A model generated the notes under the pieces. It ran no database searches. It worked only from the letters and a program-made list of their open reading frames with translations, and was not told where the DNA came from. The translations under genes and the position numbers were made by a program. Source: a virus. Taken from it: a DNA stretch of 64,000 bases. The stretch lies in the IMG/VR virus record IMGVR_UViG_3300032236_001727, positions 1 through 64,000 of that record, one strand, 5' to 3'. Below are positions 25,368 to 33,821 of the stretch, one piece after another; position 1 is the first letter of the stretch, and each line of letters starts with the position of its first letter.

Positions 25368-25622
25368 TTAAACTTGAGTATTTCCTATATAAAATTTGCA
25401 ATTAATAAATGAAGGCTCATATTCTCTATGTTCAGCAATCATATCCTCTATATCATAGAAAGTGCTATATGAAGCTAATTTTAGGTTATGGTTCACACAT
25501 ATAATTTCGGCTTCATCTCCTCTTATGGGATGTTCATAAAATTCAATAACCTGACCTAGTCTGTTTGTCATTTCTGAGTATTTTGTAGGTTTTTTAGACA
25601 TTAGGTTTGAGTAATTGAGCAT
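25368..25622 (-). CDS. Hypothetical protein
   Basis: 84-aa ORF. Confidence 0.6.
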   Translation of the reverse strand: MLNYSNLMSKKPTKYSEMTNRLGQVIEFYEHPIRGDEAEIICVNHNLKLASYSTFYDIEDMIAEHREYEPSFINCKFYIGNTQV

Positions 25623-25652
25623 GTTTATTATGTTTTTTGTTATTGGATATTA

Positions 25653-25728
25653 GGATTTAAGAAAGGATTTGAACCTTTACCTCGCGCCTTCTAGTCAGCC
25701 CTTATGCTACCGTTACACCACTTAAATC
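25653..25728 (-). tRNA. Degenerate tRNA/tRNA-like element (anticodon unassignable)
   Basis: GATTTAAG/CTTAAATC acceptor, D arm GTGT-AACGGTA-GCAT, T arm AAAGG-TTCAAAT-CCTTT; anticodon stem has G-G mismatch and 8-nt loop GACTAGAA. Confidence 0.6.
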
Positions 25729-25742
25729 TTTTCAAATCATTA

Positions 25743-26114
25743 TTATCTCAACATTGCCTCGAGTTGTTTCTTACTTTTGCTTTTCAGAGATTCTTCTTCT
25801 TTATCAGCAATAAGACCCAGAATCTTTTTGTTGTGTTCTTTGATTTCTTTTGCTTCTTGAGCTGCTTGTTGTTCTTCTACTTTTGTAGTGAGGATATCTA
25901 GAACCACATCAAATTTTAATTTAGATGTTTTATCCTTTTCAGATTTTGCAACTACAAAAGATTTCTTACCAGAATTTTTGTGTTGTTCCTCAAGAGAAAC
26001 AGCCAGTTCATCCAGATCAGTTATTGAGAGGTCCCAAAGTTGTTCTGTAGAAAGAGAACCTTTGGATGTTTGAAAACGAAGTTTTTGTCTACTAGCTTCT
26101 TTGAAATTTTCCAT
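25743..26114 (-). CDS. Conserved coiled-coil phage protein (usual partner of the 703-aa ORF)
   Basis: F..ASR.KLRF.TSKG.LS.EQLWDL motif. Confidence 0.8.
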   Translation of the reverse strand: MENFKEASRQKLRFQTSKGSLSTEQLWDLSITDLDELAVSLEEQHKNSGKKSFVVAKSEKDKTSKLKFDVVLDILTTKVEEQQAAQEAKEIKEHNKKILGLIADKEEESLKSKSKKQLEAMLR

Positions 26115-26144
26115 TTTTTGTTTGTTTTTATTGTTTAATAATAG

Positions 26145-26223
26145 TTAGCATGACAGGATTTGAACCTGTGACCTCCGCCTTGTAAATGGATGGCGGCACT
26201 CTACCAGACTGAGCTACATGCTA
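26145..26223 (-). tRNA. tRNA-Val(UAC)-like with 12-nt anticodon loop
   Basis: TAGCATG/CATGCTA, D arm GCTC-AGTCTGGTA-GAGT, CCGCC-ATCCATTTACAA-GGCGG, AGGTC, T arm ACAGG-TTCAAAT-CCTGT; no encoded CCA. Confidence 0.75.
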
Positions 26224-26229
26224 AAGAGT

Positions 26230-28341
26230 TTAGAATTGTATTTTTACAACTCTTTTATGACTTCCTGATAGTTTTACTATTAGTTCATCTTTTACTGTGG
26301 CGTTAAAACCAAGGCCTGAAAGTTGTTTGTCAGTAGGTTCTATTTTATTAGTAGCACCTAATACTTCCAATACTTTTCTATGAGTGGCTAATTCAGGGAG
26401 AAGATTTTCATTATGGAAACTTCTTATTGCTTCAGGTGCTTTACAATTTTCAAGCATAAACAAATAATGTTTATTACCTGTGTTGTTATCACCCCAATGA
26501 TTTGGAGAAAGGCATACAAGATTTACTTTATGGAACTCATTTGTATCTAAATTGTATATTTTTCTAGAAGCATTTGTTTCAGGAAGATGATGCTTAATAG
26601 TAAATTCAGAGCCTTTCTTAGTTACTGTAGCTATTTGAACATCACCTTTAGCTTCACCAGAATATTCATAACAGAACAATTCTCCTTCAAATTCCACTTC
26701 AGCTTTGAACCCTGTATTTTTTCCACCATCATAATTTCTGTTGAAAAATGTATAAGTTCCATCTTTCATAGCAGACTTTTTGGTCCATGTGATATTTTCT
26801 ACACCTTTTCCTGCTGGTCTAATCATATCTACATCGAGAAATCCTGACATACGGCTGCTATGCATTTGACCTCTGTAAGTATTAAATGCTATTTCTGTTT
26901 TATCAGGTTCTATAGCATGAGCGTCAAAATCACAGATACTTCTTCCATCATCATTCCACCCTATAGAAAATCTCAAAACACCATCTACTTTACCTCCTGC
27001 AGCTTTTACGGCTTCTTTTATTTGGGACTTACCAGCCAAATTACCATTGAATGTCCATGAGTAATTATTAGACCATTTGAAAATAGGTTTAGAATTTGGA
27101 TCATTAGCTGTAGTAAGAGACACCATATGGCCTTCATGTTGGTTTGTAAGGAAAGCCTCTACAGATGTACAACCAGGCAATATGTCTTTCATAAACTTTT
27201 CAATAGAAACTGTCTCTACACCATCAAATTCATTTCGTTTATGTCTTGTGGAAGTAGATTTTACTCCATCAAAAATAGATACTGTTTTGACTTTTCCTTC
27301 ACCTACATTGGAATGTAATATTTCAGATACTTTTATATCATCTATAGTTGCAAACCTTCTATTGAAAGACTCTACATAACCATTTTCTTCAACAAATTTC
27401 TTAGCTTCTTCTATTTGCTTTTTAGTGATTGGTGCTGTAGTTTTCATGTAATTAACAGGATCTACACGCTTGTTCCATGATTGGCATGCTTTGTTGAGTT
27501 CTTCACCTTCAGCAAGTTCTGTACAAAGTACACCTATCAACTCATTTTTAAATTTAGCAATAGGTAGATTATAAGATTTTACCCAACACCAGTTTTCTCT
27601 TTGTTTTGCAGACAATTCATCATATTCTCTTTTAAGAGGTATAATTGATTCTATTTTATAGAGATGTGTTTGCCCATCTAAAAGACTTCCTTGATTAATC
27701 AAATCTTTCACCAGTTGTAGTGTGTCTAGAGAAATTATTTCCATAGCTTTCTGAAACACATTTTTAGCATCCCTATAACTACCCATTATAGACTCTACAG
27801 ATGCTCCTGATGTGTTTACAAACTGATTAGAAACGGATAGGTGCATGTGATTAAATGTAATTATTTGATTAGGTTTTACTACACCATATTTTTCAGCTTC
27901 TTCTTTTGTGTACCTTTTCACATTTTGAGCCATACCCAGTCTGAAAACTAAATTTGATCTGGAGCATGATTCATATGGTAGAGAATTAAGTTCATTGAAT
28001 GTTTCAAAGAACACTTCAGCTATTTTAGCTTTTTTCAAAGCTTTAGATATAGCTTTAGCCGAAGCAGCATATTCATCGTCTGCTTCTACATCAAATATTG
28101 TTGATATAGAATAATCCGGGTTTACAGCTACTATATTACCATATCGTCTTATGAAATTTTTACAGAGGTTGCAGTTATGGGAACTGCTTGATGGGTCCCT
28201 GAAAATAGGATCATCTTCTTCTGAAAAGGCCTTTATATAAAGGTCCCATACTTCATATCCAGACACACTTGATCTGAATAATCTTCCAGTTTCAGACATT
28301 TTTTGGAACTGTTCCTGGAGTTTTTGGTTAAATTCTTTCAT
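26230..28341 (-). CDS. Large conserved phage protein with YfaP/DUF2135-like domain
   Basis: HNCNLC..FIR.YG; LRFSI.W...DFDAH..EP...LDVD...VENITW. Confidence 0.75.
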   Translation of the reverse strand: MKEFNQKLQEQFQKMSETGRLFRSSVSGYEVWDLYIKAFSEEDDPIFRDPSSSSHNCNLCKNFIRRYGNIVAVNPDYSISTIFDVEADDEYAASAKAISKALKKAKIAEVFFETFNELNSLPYESCSRSNLVFRLGMAQNVKRYTKEEAEKYGVVKPNQIITFNHMHLSVSNQFVNTSGASVESIMGSYRDAKNVFQKAMEIISLDTLQLVKDLINQGSLLDGQTHLYKIESIIPLKREYDELSAKQRENWCWVKSYNLPIAKFKNELIGVLCTELAEGEELNKACQSWNKRVDPVNYMKTTAPITKKQIEEAKKFVEENGYVESFNRRFATIDDIKVSEILHSNVGEGKVKTVSIFDGVKSTSTRHKRNEFDGVETVSIEKFMKDILPGCTSVEAFLTNQHEGHMVSLTTANDPNSKPIFKWSNNYSWTFNGNLAGKSQIKEAVKAAGGKVDGVLRFSIGWNDDGRSICDFDAHAIEPDKTEIAFNTYRGQMHSSRMSGFLDVDMIRPAGKGVENITWTKKSAMKDGTYTFFNRNYDGGKNTGFKAEVEFEGELFCYEYSGEAKGDVQIATVTKKGSEFTIKHHLPETNASRKIYNLDTNEFHKVNLVCLSPNHWGDNNTGNKHYLFMLENCKAPEAIRSFHNENLLPELATHRKVLEVLGATNKIEPTDKQLSGLGFNATVKDELIVKLSGSHKRVVKIQF

Positions 28342-28371
28342 TTTTTATAACTTTTATTTTAATTCAATTTA

Positions 28372-28809
28372 TTAATAAGTCTCTTCTTCTACTTCAATAT
28401 CATCTATTTCAATAATATCATATGCTATTACTGGAATTGTTGTTTCTTCTACAATAGTATCAGGTTCATTTTCCCAGTCACAGTCATGTTCATTTTCTGG
28501 TGTGTTATAATCATCAACATATTCCTCCATAATTTCATCATCAACATCTCCAGGCAACTCGGCCAACAAACCAGCGTTTTCAACAATAATCCAAACACGG
28601 TTCTTCCAAAAATCAAGATTCATTCCTTCTATCAAAATTTGAGAACCTTCACTTATAGTTATACAGGCTAGAGCTTCTATAAGTTCCATAGCTTTCATAT
28701 CCAATTCACCTCCAATAGGGAATTTATTGCCATATTTTTCTTTGTCTCTTTTATAAATGGCTTTAATTTCTTCAAACCTTGGGGATACTTTGTCGATCAG
28801 TTTTCGCAT
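28372..28809 (-). CDS. Hypothetical protein with acidic C-terminus
   Basis: 145-aa ORF behind promoter. Confidence 0.7.
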   Translation of the reverse strand: MRKLIDKVSPRFEEIKAIYKRDKEKYGNKFPIGGELDMKAMELIEALACITISEGSQILIEGMNLDFWKNRVWIIVENAGLLAELPGDVDDEIMEEYVDDYNTPENEHDCDWENEPDTIVEETTIPVIAYDIIEIDDIEVEEETY

Positions 28810-28845
28810 AACTTTTATTTGTTTTTATTGTTAAAAAATCTTATG

Positions 28846-28880
28846 ATATAAAGATACGAAAGAAAATTCTAAAAGCCAAG
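28846..28880 (-). promoter_or_regulatory. Early promoter repeat
   Basis: TTGGC-N-TTCGTATCTTTATAT. Confidence 0.8.
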
Positions 28881-29041
28881 CTTTTTAAAAATATTTTTAT
28901 CTATCTCGTACTTTTTTAAATCAGTACTTTTTTTATCATTTTCGAGCATTTTTGTAGCTAATGTCTCTAAATGTTTAGATTTTATTTTATCATAATTATT
29001 TATGATATTTTTATGTTTTTTCATTTGCTTCTTATCCATAA

Positions 29042-29737
29042 TTATTTTCTTATAGAAACAATATTAAAACCATTTATTTCAGTTTCAATACTTACTGGTT
29101 TAGCAAATATGTTTAGTTCTTGTAATCTAGATAAATGATATTCGTCAAGTTCAAAATTAGCAACTTCAGATACTTTATTACTATTTTCTTTGAAATTTTC
29201 TATATGGTTTATTTCTCTATTAGTGAATACATTCCCTATAAATAAGAAATAACAATTATAACATAAAAGTTGCATATTTCCTAGGTTATAATGCCTTTTA
29301 TCATTATCTTTAAAATGTAATATTAATGGTATTTTGAAATCAACAACACGTCTTTCACAAAAACCACATTGATTACATTTCTCCTCAAGAAATCCTTCTG
29401 TAATAAGTCTATATTTTATTTTTTCAGGATTAAAAGGTAAAGGATCAACTCTACCTTCAATTATATCTAGTAAAGGTGTTTCTCTAGTTCCATCTCTAAG
29501 GAATTTAGGTATTCCCTTTCCACATTGATTTTTATGTTCATCAAATAATGTAGCCCCTGTTTCAGGATTAACATATAATTTAGCGTATTTTTTATAATGC
29601 TGGTAACTGCAATTTAGATAACGAGCTGCACTTTTGTTGGATTTAGTTTTAGCCATTGCAGCTATAACCATTTCTTTAGTTATGGGTTTGGGATGTCTAC
29701 CTCTGTTTTCTGCAGGTTTTCTATTTAAATCATCCAT
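29042..29737 (-). CDS. HTH + degenerate HNH-fold zinc-binding protein
   Basis: AARYLNCSY..YKKYAK; CNQC...LILHFKDND...N...LLCYNCY. Confidence 0.7.
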   Translation of the reverse strand: MDDLNRKPAENRGRHPKPITKEMVIAAMAKTKSNKSAARYLNCSYQHYKKYAKLYVNPETGATLFDEHKNQCGKGIPKFLRDGTRETPLLDIIEGRVDPLPFNPEKIKYRLITEGFLEEKCNQCGFCERRVVDFKIPLILHFKDNDKRHYNLGNMQLLCYNCYFLFIGNVFTNREINHIENFKENSNKVSEVANFELDEYHLSRLQELNIFAKPVSIETEINGFNIVSIRK

Positions 29738-29749
29738 ACTTTATTTTTA

Positions 29750-30181
29750 TTATTCATCTTCGTCTTCGTCTTCATCTTCTTCAGAAGACATTTCCATATT
29801 TACTAAATCCAAAAGATTCCATAAATCTGATGGGCCGTTCATAATGAATTGTTTTCCATCTATTGTTACTAGTGGAATTACTTCTCCTTTTTCATCAAGT
29901 CTATCAAATATATACCACATTATTAGATCTGTGGCTTTAGTACCATATGTAAATTCTAATAGATTTTCAACAGCAATCCAAAGTGGATCAGTTACATTGG
30001 TTAGATTAATACCTCCAACTCCTAATAAAACACCTTCTATTTCACAAGATGCTTCAAGAGTTTCAATTAAATTACAGAAAAATTCTTTTTTATTTGCAGA
30101 ATCTTTTTTCAATATTACATCTACTCCTAGCAATGCGTCAAATATTCTCTTAATATTACTTTCTGGATTTTCCATTTTCAA
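29750..30181 (-). CDS. Hypothetical protein with acidic tail
   Basis: 143-aa ORF. Confidence 0.7.
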   Translation of the reverse strand: MKMENPESNIKRIFDALLGVDVILKKDSANKKEFFCNLIETLEASCEIEGVLLGVGGINLTNVTDPLWIAVENLLEFTYGTKATDLIMWYIFDRLDEKGEVIPLVTIDGKQFIMNGPSDLWNLLDLVNMEMSSEEDEDEDEDE

Positions 30182-30374
30182 AAATTTCTACTTTAAATAT
30201 TTTATAAAAATCACTTAGATTTAATTGTTTTTTTATGCATGCCAACAATGTAGCCTCTACAATATCGTTAGCATAAACAACTCCTACAGCTTGTTTGTCA
30301 AGATCGTTTTTTGAGTAGTATTTGTATTTCTTCATGGCTACAATGTTTTTATTAGTTCCGCTATATCTATGCAT
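30156..30374 (-). CDS. Hypothetical protein; start probably MKKYKY
   Basis: Small ORF in operon. Confidence 0.55.
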   Translation of the reverse strand: MHRYSGTNKNIVAMKKYKYYSKNDLDKQAVGVVYANDIVEATLLACIKKQLNLSDFYKIFKVEIFENGKSRK

Positions 30375-30715
30375 GCATCAAAACTTTCTATTTTTTCGTA
30401 ATATTTTAAAACATTTTGTAATGCTTTTTTATAATTGTGTTTTTCAATTTCAATACTAAATGATAAATTTTCTATATTGAATAAAACTATACTACTTGCT
30501 TCCTTATTATCTCTTATAGAATTATAAGTACTATCCATTATAAAATCAATAAATTCTTTTTTAAGCAATAGTTGCTTTATATCTTCCTCAGTTTCACAAT
30601 ATAATTTTATATTAGGAATTTCTTTCACTTTAGTAGTACTCATATTTAAGTTTTTATATTTTTTAAAAAAGATACCAATTTTTATTCCATTATAAATATA
30701 GAATAAACTAAACAA
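30338..30715 (-). CDS. Hypothetical protein; start probably MSTTKV
   Basis: C-terminal YE..E.FD.C..I..L helical motif. Confidence 0.6.
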   Translation of the reverse strand: MFSLFYIYNGIKIGIFFKKYKNLNMSTTKVKEIPNIKLYCETEEDIKQLLLKKEFIDFIMDSTYNSIRDNKEASSIVLFNIENLSFSIEIEKHNYKKALQNVLKYYEKIESFDACIDIAELIKTL

Positions 30716-30717
30716 AT

Positions 30718-31542
30718 TTATAAAAACTTTAAATTATTTTGAGGGTGTGTTTTAATATATTTTCCCCATTTATATTTGGCATATTCATGACAATTTATTT
30801 CATCTTGTTGTGCTTTCTCTATTTGTTCAGGTGATTTAGATGATACAGAAACAAAATGATAGAAATGGCAATTATACGCTCTCATCATTTTTAAGTCATT
30901 CATTCTACATTTGAGGAAAAAATCCCAATCTGCTACAAATCCTGCAGAAGATGGATATGATTCATCAAAACCACCTATTTTAATAAAATTATACTTATAC
31001 ATCATAAATGGGAAAGTTGAACCACTTTCTTCTACTTTATTATGATTCACACTATCTGCATAATCATAAAAAGCATTTAGATCAAATGTTTTTGGGTCGC
31101 GTCCTAGATTTTTTATATTAAACTGGGGGAATATGCTTGGGGTGGGTTCTATTTGGTTTGGAGTAATAACATATGGCTGTTGTATTTGGGCGTCTAATAA
31201 AGCTTCATCCCATTTTCTACAAGCTATATTATCATCATTCATTATAAGTACGTTAGAATGACGCGCATTATACACACCTAAATTTATAGCGCGGCATGTT
31301 CCGACATTATGCTCTAAATTGAGAATTTCAATGTGTTCTGCATGAGTTTCTAATATGGTCTTATTTAAGTTATGATGACCGTCTACAACTACTATTATTT
31401 GGTTTTTTTCTACTTGATTTTCAATCAATGATTTGAGACATAAATCAAGAGTGTCAGGACTTTTATAAGTTGGAACAATTACACTTAAGGGCATATAATA
31501 TTTTTTATGCTTAAATATAATAAAAAAGGCTTGGATTTCCAA
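30718..31542 (-). CDS. Glycosyltransferase family 2; start probably MPLSV
   Basis: SVIVPTY, VVDG, MNDD, GGFDE and DWDF motifs. Confidence 0.9.
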   Translation of the reverse strand: MEIQAFFIIFKHKKYYMPLSVIVPTYKSPDTLDLCLKSLIENQVEKNQIIVVVDGHHNLNKTILETHAEHIEILNLEHNVGTCRAINLGVYNARHSNVLIMNDDNIACRKWDEALLDAQIQQPYVITPNQIEPTPSIFPQFNIKNLGRDPKTFDLNAFYDYADSVNHNKVEESGSTFPFMMYKYNFIKIGGFDESYPSSAGFVADWDFFLKCRMNDLKMMRAYNCHFYHFVSVSSKSPEQIEKAQQDEINCHEYAKYKWGKYIKTHPQNNLKFL

Positions 31543-31547
31543 GCCTT
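31526..31547. terminator. Hairpin (possible terminator) overlapping a weaker promoter
   Basis: AAGGCTTGG/CCAAGCCTT inverted repeat followed by a T-run on the minus strand. Confidence 0.55.
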
Positions 31548-31569
31548 ATTAAAAAATATGTTTAAAAAT

Positions 31570-31914
31570 TTATTTTACATTATCTGCTCCAAAAATGGAT
31601 TTAAGTGTTTCTTTATCTCCATCAACAGACCAAGATTTGCAAGTTTTTGGTTTTGTTTTATAACACCATATAAATATTTCTTTTCCATCTGGTGTTTCGT
31701 AAGCCCAACTAGCTTCAACTTTACTTGGATCATCCATATCAGTTACATTTGGTTCACCAACTTTTGATATTATATCATCATATGTTGTTGTTAGAATTCC
31801 TGTTCTACTTTCACCTGTCTTACGAATTGGGATTAATTCTGTTTTTATTTCATTCTCATTAAGAAGACCTGCTAATTGCTGCATTCTCTTAAATTCATTG
31901 AGTGGTTGTTTCAT
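31570..31914 (-). CDS. Hypothetical protein with N-terminal RMQQLAG/LNE motif
   Basis: 114-aa ORF with its own promoter and terminator. Confidence 0.7.
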   Translation of the reverse strand: MKQPLNEFKRMQQLAGLLNENEIKTELIPIRKTGESRTGILTTTYDDIISKVGEPNVTDMDDPSKVEASWAYETPDGKEIFIWCYKTKPKTCKSWSVDGDKETLKSIFGADNVK

Positions 31915-31927
31915 TTTTATTGTTTTG

Positions 31928-31962
31928 ATATAAATATATGAAAAGATAATTAAAACGCCAAA
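31928..31962 (-). promoter_or_regulatory. Promoter repeat variant containing CATATATTTATA
   Basis: TTTGGC-N-TTCATATATTTATAT. Confidence 0.6.
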
Positions 31963-31967
31963 TTTTT

Positions 31968-32669
31968 TTAAAATTTAGAAAATTCTTCCCAATTTGTTAA
32001 GGGAGATAACCATTGTGTTTCTCCATGTGTACTATAACCGGGAACACTTGAAATTAATATGAATCCTTTTTCTTGTAATTCCAAGAACATATGAAAATCG
32101 TTTGGATGTGAACCTGATGTATGTTTACGTAAAATAGATTCTGAATTTTTGAGGGTTTTAACAGAGCATGCAAAAGTCATTGTTGTACTGTTTGTAATTT
32201 TCCAATGGCATGACTTTGAAATGTATAGTTTAGTAGTTTCACCACCATCAACATCTACATAAGGATTACCTCCTAAATTTCCTGGTATATATTTGTCTGG
32301 ATGGTCATAAAGTGTGATAAAATTTGCCCCTAGTTTTATACCTTCTTTAATTATTATATTAGAGTCTTTTTTGTGTAGGTAATCATTTTCTAAAAAATAA
32401 ACTATTTCGTCATCCGGTAGAGTAAGAGCATAATCTAAAGCTAAATTAAAAGTTCCAGCGCCGTGTCCTACGGATACATGATGTATTTTATCTTCTTCAA
32501 TATATTTGCAAATCATTTGAGTAGTATCTATAGAACAGTTATCTGCTATAATATGCCAGTTGCAATCTTTAAATGTATCTAAAGCATTTTTTAAGCAATT
32601 TTCATTGTTGATATATTCTGGTTTTACTTTGTTATAGCCAGCATCAGAAATACGATATATTATTGTCAT
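31968..32669 (-). CDS. GT-A fold glycosyltransferase
   Basis: IIADN, YFLENDYLH and STH.E motifs. Confidence 0.75.
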   Translation of the reverse strand: MTIIYRISDAGYNKVKPEYINNENCLKNALDTFKDCNWHIIADNCSIDTTQMICKYIEEDKIHHVSVGHGAGTFNLALDYALTLPDDEIVYFLENDYLHKKDSNIIIKEGIKLGANFITLYDHPDKYIPGNLGGNPYVDVDGGETTKLYISKSCHWKITNSTTMTFACSVKTLKNSESILRKHTSGSHPNDFHMFLELQEKGFILISSVPGYSTHGETQWLSPLTNWEEFSKF

Positions 32670-33250
32670 TTTGCTCTTTTTAGAATTGTTAAACCGTTGT
32701 TGTTGGTGTAACGTTTATGTAATACCCATTCATCTGTAGAATCTAAAAATTCTTGTACAGCAGCCCATAATCCTTTTCCTGTAGGAGCTTCTCCTTCCCA
32801 TGCATTTTCAGATGTTAAAGGTTCATCTCTAAACTCATATGAAGTTGTATCATGCATTATTATATATTTTTTGGCTTTAGATGAATGTCTTTCCAACTCG
32901 GCTTTTAGTTGACAATAAGCATGCCATGTATCTAAAAACAATAAATCTGTTTCTTCAATATCTATATTTAAAACATTTTCTTTTCTAAATTCATAATTTA
33001 ATCCATAATATTTAGCCACATCACGAACCACATTTATATCAGCTCCCCATTTAGATGGATATTCAATATCATAGCTTATGAGTTTTTTAGGAGCGGCACC
33101 TAAAAAGGCCCAAGTAGATGTTATAGCTCTAACTCCCATTTCTGTAATATGATCACATTCTGAAGCATATTCAATCAAAGTAGGAATATGTTCATTGATG
33201 TCAGATGGTGTTGTGTAAATTTTGTTTACAATTTCTTCCAGGTTATACAT
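32666..33250 (-). CDS. Class I SAM-dependent methyltransferase
   Basis: EMGVR...ST, DLLFLDT.H.Y and IIMHDT motifs. Confidence 0.8.
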   Translation of the reverse strand: MYNLEEIVNKIYTTPSDINEHIPTLIEYASECDHITEMGVRAITSTWAFLGAAPKKLISYDIEYPSKWGADINVVRDVAKYYGLNYEFRKENVLNIDIEETDLLFLDTWHAYCQLKAELERHSSKAKKYIIMHDTTSYEFRDEPLTSENAWEGEAPTGKGLWAAVQEFLDSTDEWVLHKRYTNNNGLTILKRAK

Positions 33251-33821
33251 TTTGTTGTTTTATTTGTTTTTTATAATCAATAAGTTTAGGTAAATATTCT
33301 TTAAAATCTGTTGAACATAGATAAGGAGACATTTCATTTATATAAAAATCATCTAATTCCCACCATTTTAGTTCTAATAATTCTTTTATAGTTTCATCAT
33401 CAAATCTATTTTTAATTAATTTACATGGATTTCCACCAACAATACTGTATGGTTCAACATCCTTGGTTATTACAGAATTGTTGGCTAATGTAGCTCCATC
33501 TCCAATAGTAACACCACTCATTATAGTAACACTAGTTCCTATCCAAACATCGTTTCCTATTGTAACATTTCCTTTTGTTCCAGGATGACCAGCTCCATCA
33601 AATTTACTAAATATACCTTGATTAATATGTCCAAAAGGGTATGTTGTAGCCCAATCTGTTCTATGATTTCCTCCCAAATAAACAGTTATATGTCCTGATA
33701 TGGAGCAAAAGCTTCCAATGTCTAGCCATGTTCCTTCACCCCAATAGTATATTTCAATATTATGGGCTCCATAAGTATGTTTACCTACATTTCTAATTCT
33801 ATCTTGATTCTGGAGTACCAT
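33243..33821 (-). CDS. Hexapeptide-repeat O-acetyltransferase (CatB/Vat-like)
   Basis: IGSFCSIS, NH...TTYPF, IGNDVWIG and VGGNP motifs. Confidence 0.9.
   Translation of the reverse strand: MVLQNQDRIRNVGKHTYGAHNIEIYYWGEGTWLDIGSFCSISGHITVYLGGNHRTDWATTYPFGHINQGIFSKFDGAGHPGTKGNVTIGNDVWIGTSVTIMSGVTIGDGATLANNSVITKDVEPYSIVGGNPCKLIKNRFDDETIKELLELKWWELDDFYINEMSPYLCSTDFKEYLPKLIDYKKQIKQQNV

Noticed and set aside
25653-25728. Amber suppressor tRNA implying stop-codon recoding
   Set aside because: Anticodon arm is malformed, and conserved genes are full length in the standard code, with TAG used as a stop
29754-29783. Short tandem TCTTCG/TCTTCA repeat
   Set aside because: Simply encodes the EEDEDEDEDE acidic tail
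29634-30218. 194-aa plus-strand ORF and the other plus-strand ORFs in the track
   Set aside because: Antisense shadows of minus-strand genes, with no motifs or promoters; the poly-Ser mirrors an acidic tail
381-31962. ~35-bp repeats as a CRISPR array
   Set aside because: Dispersed over 30 kb, always upstream of genes, no regular spacers; they fit a promoter consensus
33243-33821. Antibiotic-resistance acetyltransferase (cat/vat)
   Set aside because: The fold is shared with sugar O-acetyltransferases and the gene lies inside a glycan cluster
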